IMG/VR virus record: IMGVR_UViG_3300025851_000205
Span: 1 to 25,809 of that record
Length of the DNA stretch: 25,809 nt
Direction: 5' to 3' (one strand)
Source: a virus
Lineage: Duplodnaviria > Caudoviricetes
Below are positions 24,985 through 25,809 of the stretch, piece after piece. A program made the translations under genes and the position numbers. Each line of letters begins with the position of its first letter. Within the stretch, counting starts at the first letter, position 1. The notes under the pieces were generated by a model. It worked only from the letters and a program-made list of their open reading frames with translations, was not told where the DNA came from and searched no databases.

Positions 24985-25809
24985 ATGCCTAGAGTAAATA
25001 TATTTAACCAACAAAAGCCTGAAAATGCGAAAGCTCCATTTCAAGTTATGAATCTTGGTGAAGAAAACAAAGCAGCCCGAATAAACATATATGACATTAT
25101 TGGTGAAACGTATTGGGAATATGGGATCACAGGAAAAGATTTCGTCAACCAATTATCGACAGTTGGTGAGGTTAGAGATCTTCATGTTCATCTAAGTTCT
25201 GATGGCGGAAATGTTAAAGATGGGACATTAATTTATAATGCAATAAAGGGTCATAAAGGTCATGTAACCACAATTATTGAAGGGTACGTTGCAAGTATGG
25301 CCTCTGGAATTGCTATGGCCGGTGATACTGTTAAAGCATACCGTAACACTTTGATTATGGTCCATAAGCCAGAAAGTGGAAAACAAGGTAATGCAACTGA
25401 CTTTAGAAAGGAGGCAGATATTCTCGACAAGGTGGAAATATTATTGTCGCAAGCATATGTTAATAAATCAGAGAAAGTCAAAGATACCATTGCTAACATG
25501 ATGGAGGAAGTAACTTTTCTTACTGCTGAAGAGGCCTTGGATATGGGGCTGGTTGATGAAATTATTGATGGTGAAGATTCAATTATCACCAATTGTTTAC
25601 CTAAGGAACAACTAGCCTCTTATGGTGTAGTGCCTGAGTCTATTTTGAATCTATTCAATGTTGATAAACAAGAGCCAGAACAAGAGCCAGAACCTGAGCC
25701 AGAACCTGAGCCAGAACCTGAGCCAGAACCTGAGCCAGAACCTGAGCCAGAACCTGAGCCTGAGCCAGAACCAGAACCTGAGCCAGAACCAGATGCCACC
25801 GAAGTAGAG
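24985..25809 (+). CDS. ClpP-type (S14/S49) head maturation protease, truncated by window end
   Basis: My translation: IYDIIG..W..G...S.GG.V..G..IYN...GYVASMAS.I.MAGD...IMVHKP...FLTAEEA..MGLVD. GGAG RBS. Open to the window end and missing from the ORF track. Confidence 0.92.
   Translation, partial: MPRVNIFNQQKPENAKAPFQVMNLGEENKAARINIYDIIGETYWEYGITGKDFVNQLSTVGEVRDLHVHLSSDGGNVKDGTLIYNAIKGHKGHVTTIIEGYVASMASGIAMAGDTVKAYRNTLIMVHKPESGKQGNATDFRKEADILDKVEILLSQAYVNKSEKVKDTIANMMEEVTFLTAEEALDMGLVDEIIDGEDSIITNCLPKEQLASYGVVPESILNLFNVDKQEPEQEPEPEPEPEPEPEPEPEPEPEPEPEPEPEPEPEPEPDATEVE
25669..25791 (+). repeat. Tandem repeat encoding QEPEQ(EP)18 linker
   Basis: 12-bp unit GAGCCAGAACCT repeated with a few synonymous variants. 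Confidence 0.95.

Larger units (their letters stand above)
1..25809. mobile_element. Lambdoid prophage (left part; continues beyond window)
   Basis: Gene order int-xis-early left-repressor/cro-O-P-Q-lysis-cos-terS-terL-W-portal-protease. Confidence 0.97.

Overview
The window is the left ~26 kb of an apparently intact lambdoid temperate prophage, probably cos-type, from an AT-rich Gammaproteobacterium (marine Alteromonadales-like host is inference only). It opens with an integrase and xis-like gene and a leftward early operon (phage Dam, coiled-coil protein, RdgC fused to an FtsK-gamma domain, several hypotheticals). Next come a three-gene cassette inside the immunity region (acidic peptide with a FlgM-like motif, a ~5-TM protein, a membrane-anchored protein), an HTH repressor without a peptidase domain and a Cro-like gene. 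Replication genes follow (O-like with iterons, DUF6475 P-position protein), then a second tyrosine recombinase, HAD phosphatase, HTH, Q-like gene, lipoprotein moron and PR'/tR'. The late region holds a lysis cassette, a fibre/tail-like module unusually placed before cos, a cos-like site, terminase, gpW, portal and a ClpP-type head protease cut off by the window end. The best novelty candidates are (1) the peptide + membrane-protein cassette beside a non-cleavable repressor, (2) a small antisense RNA/hairpin network in the early-left operon with a 14-nt loop matching a distant RBS, and (3) the RdgC-FtsK-gamma fusion together with a second recombinase. All family assignments come from motif recognition by eye; no searches were run.
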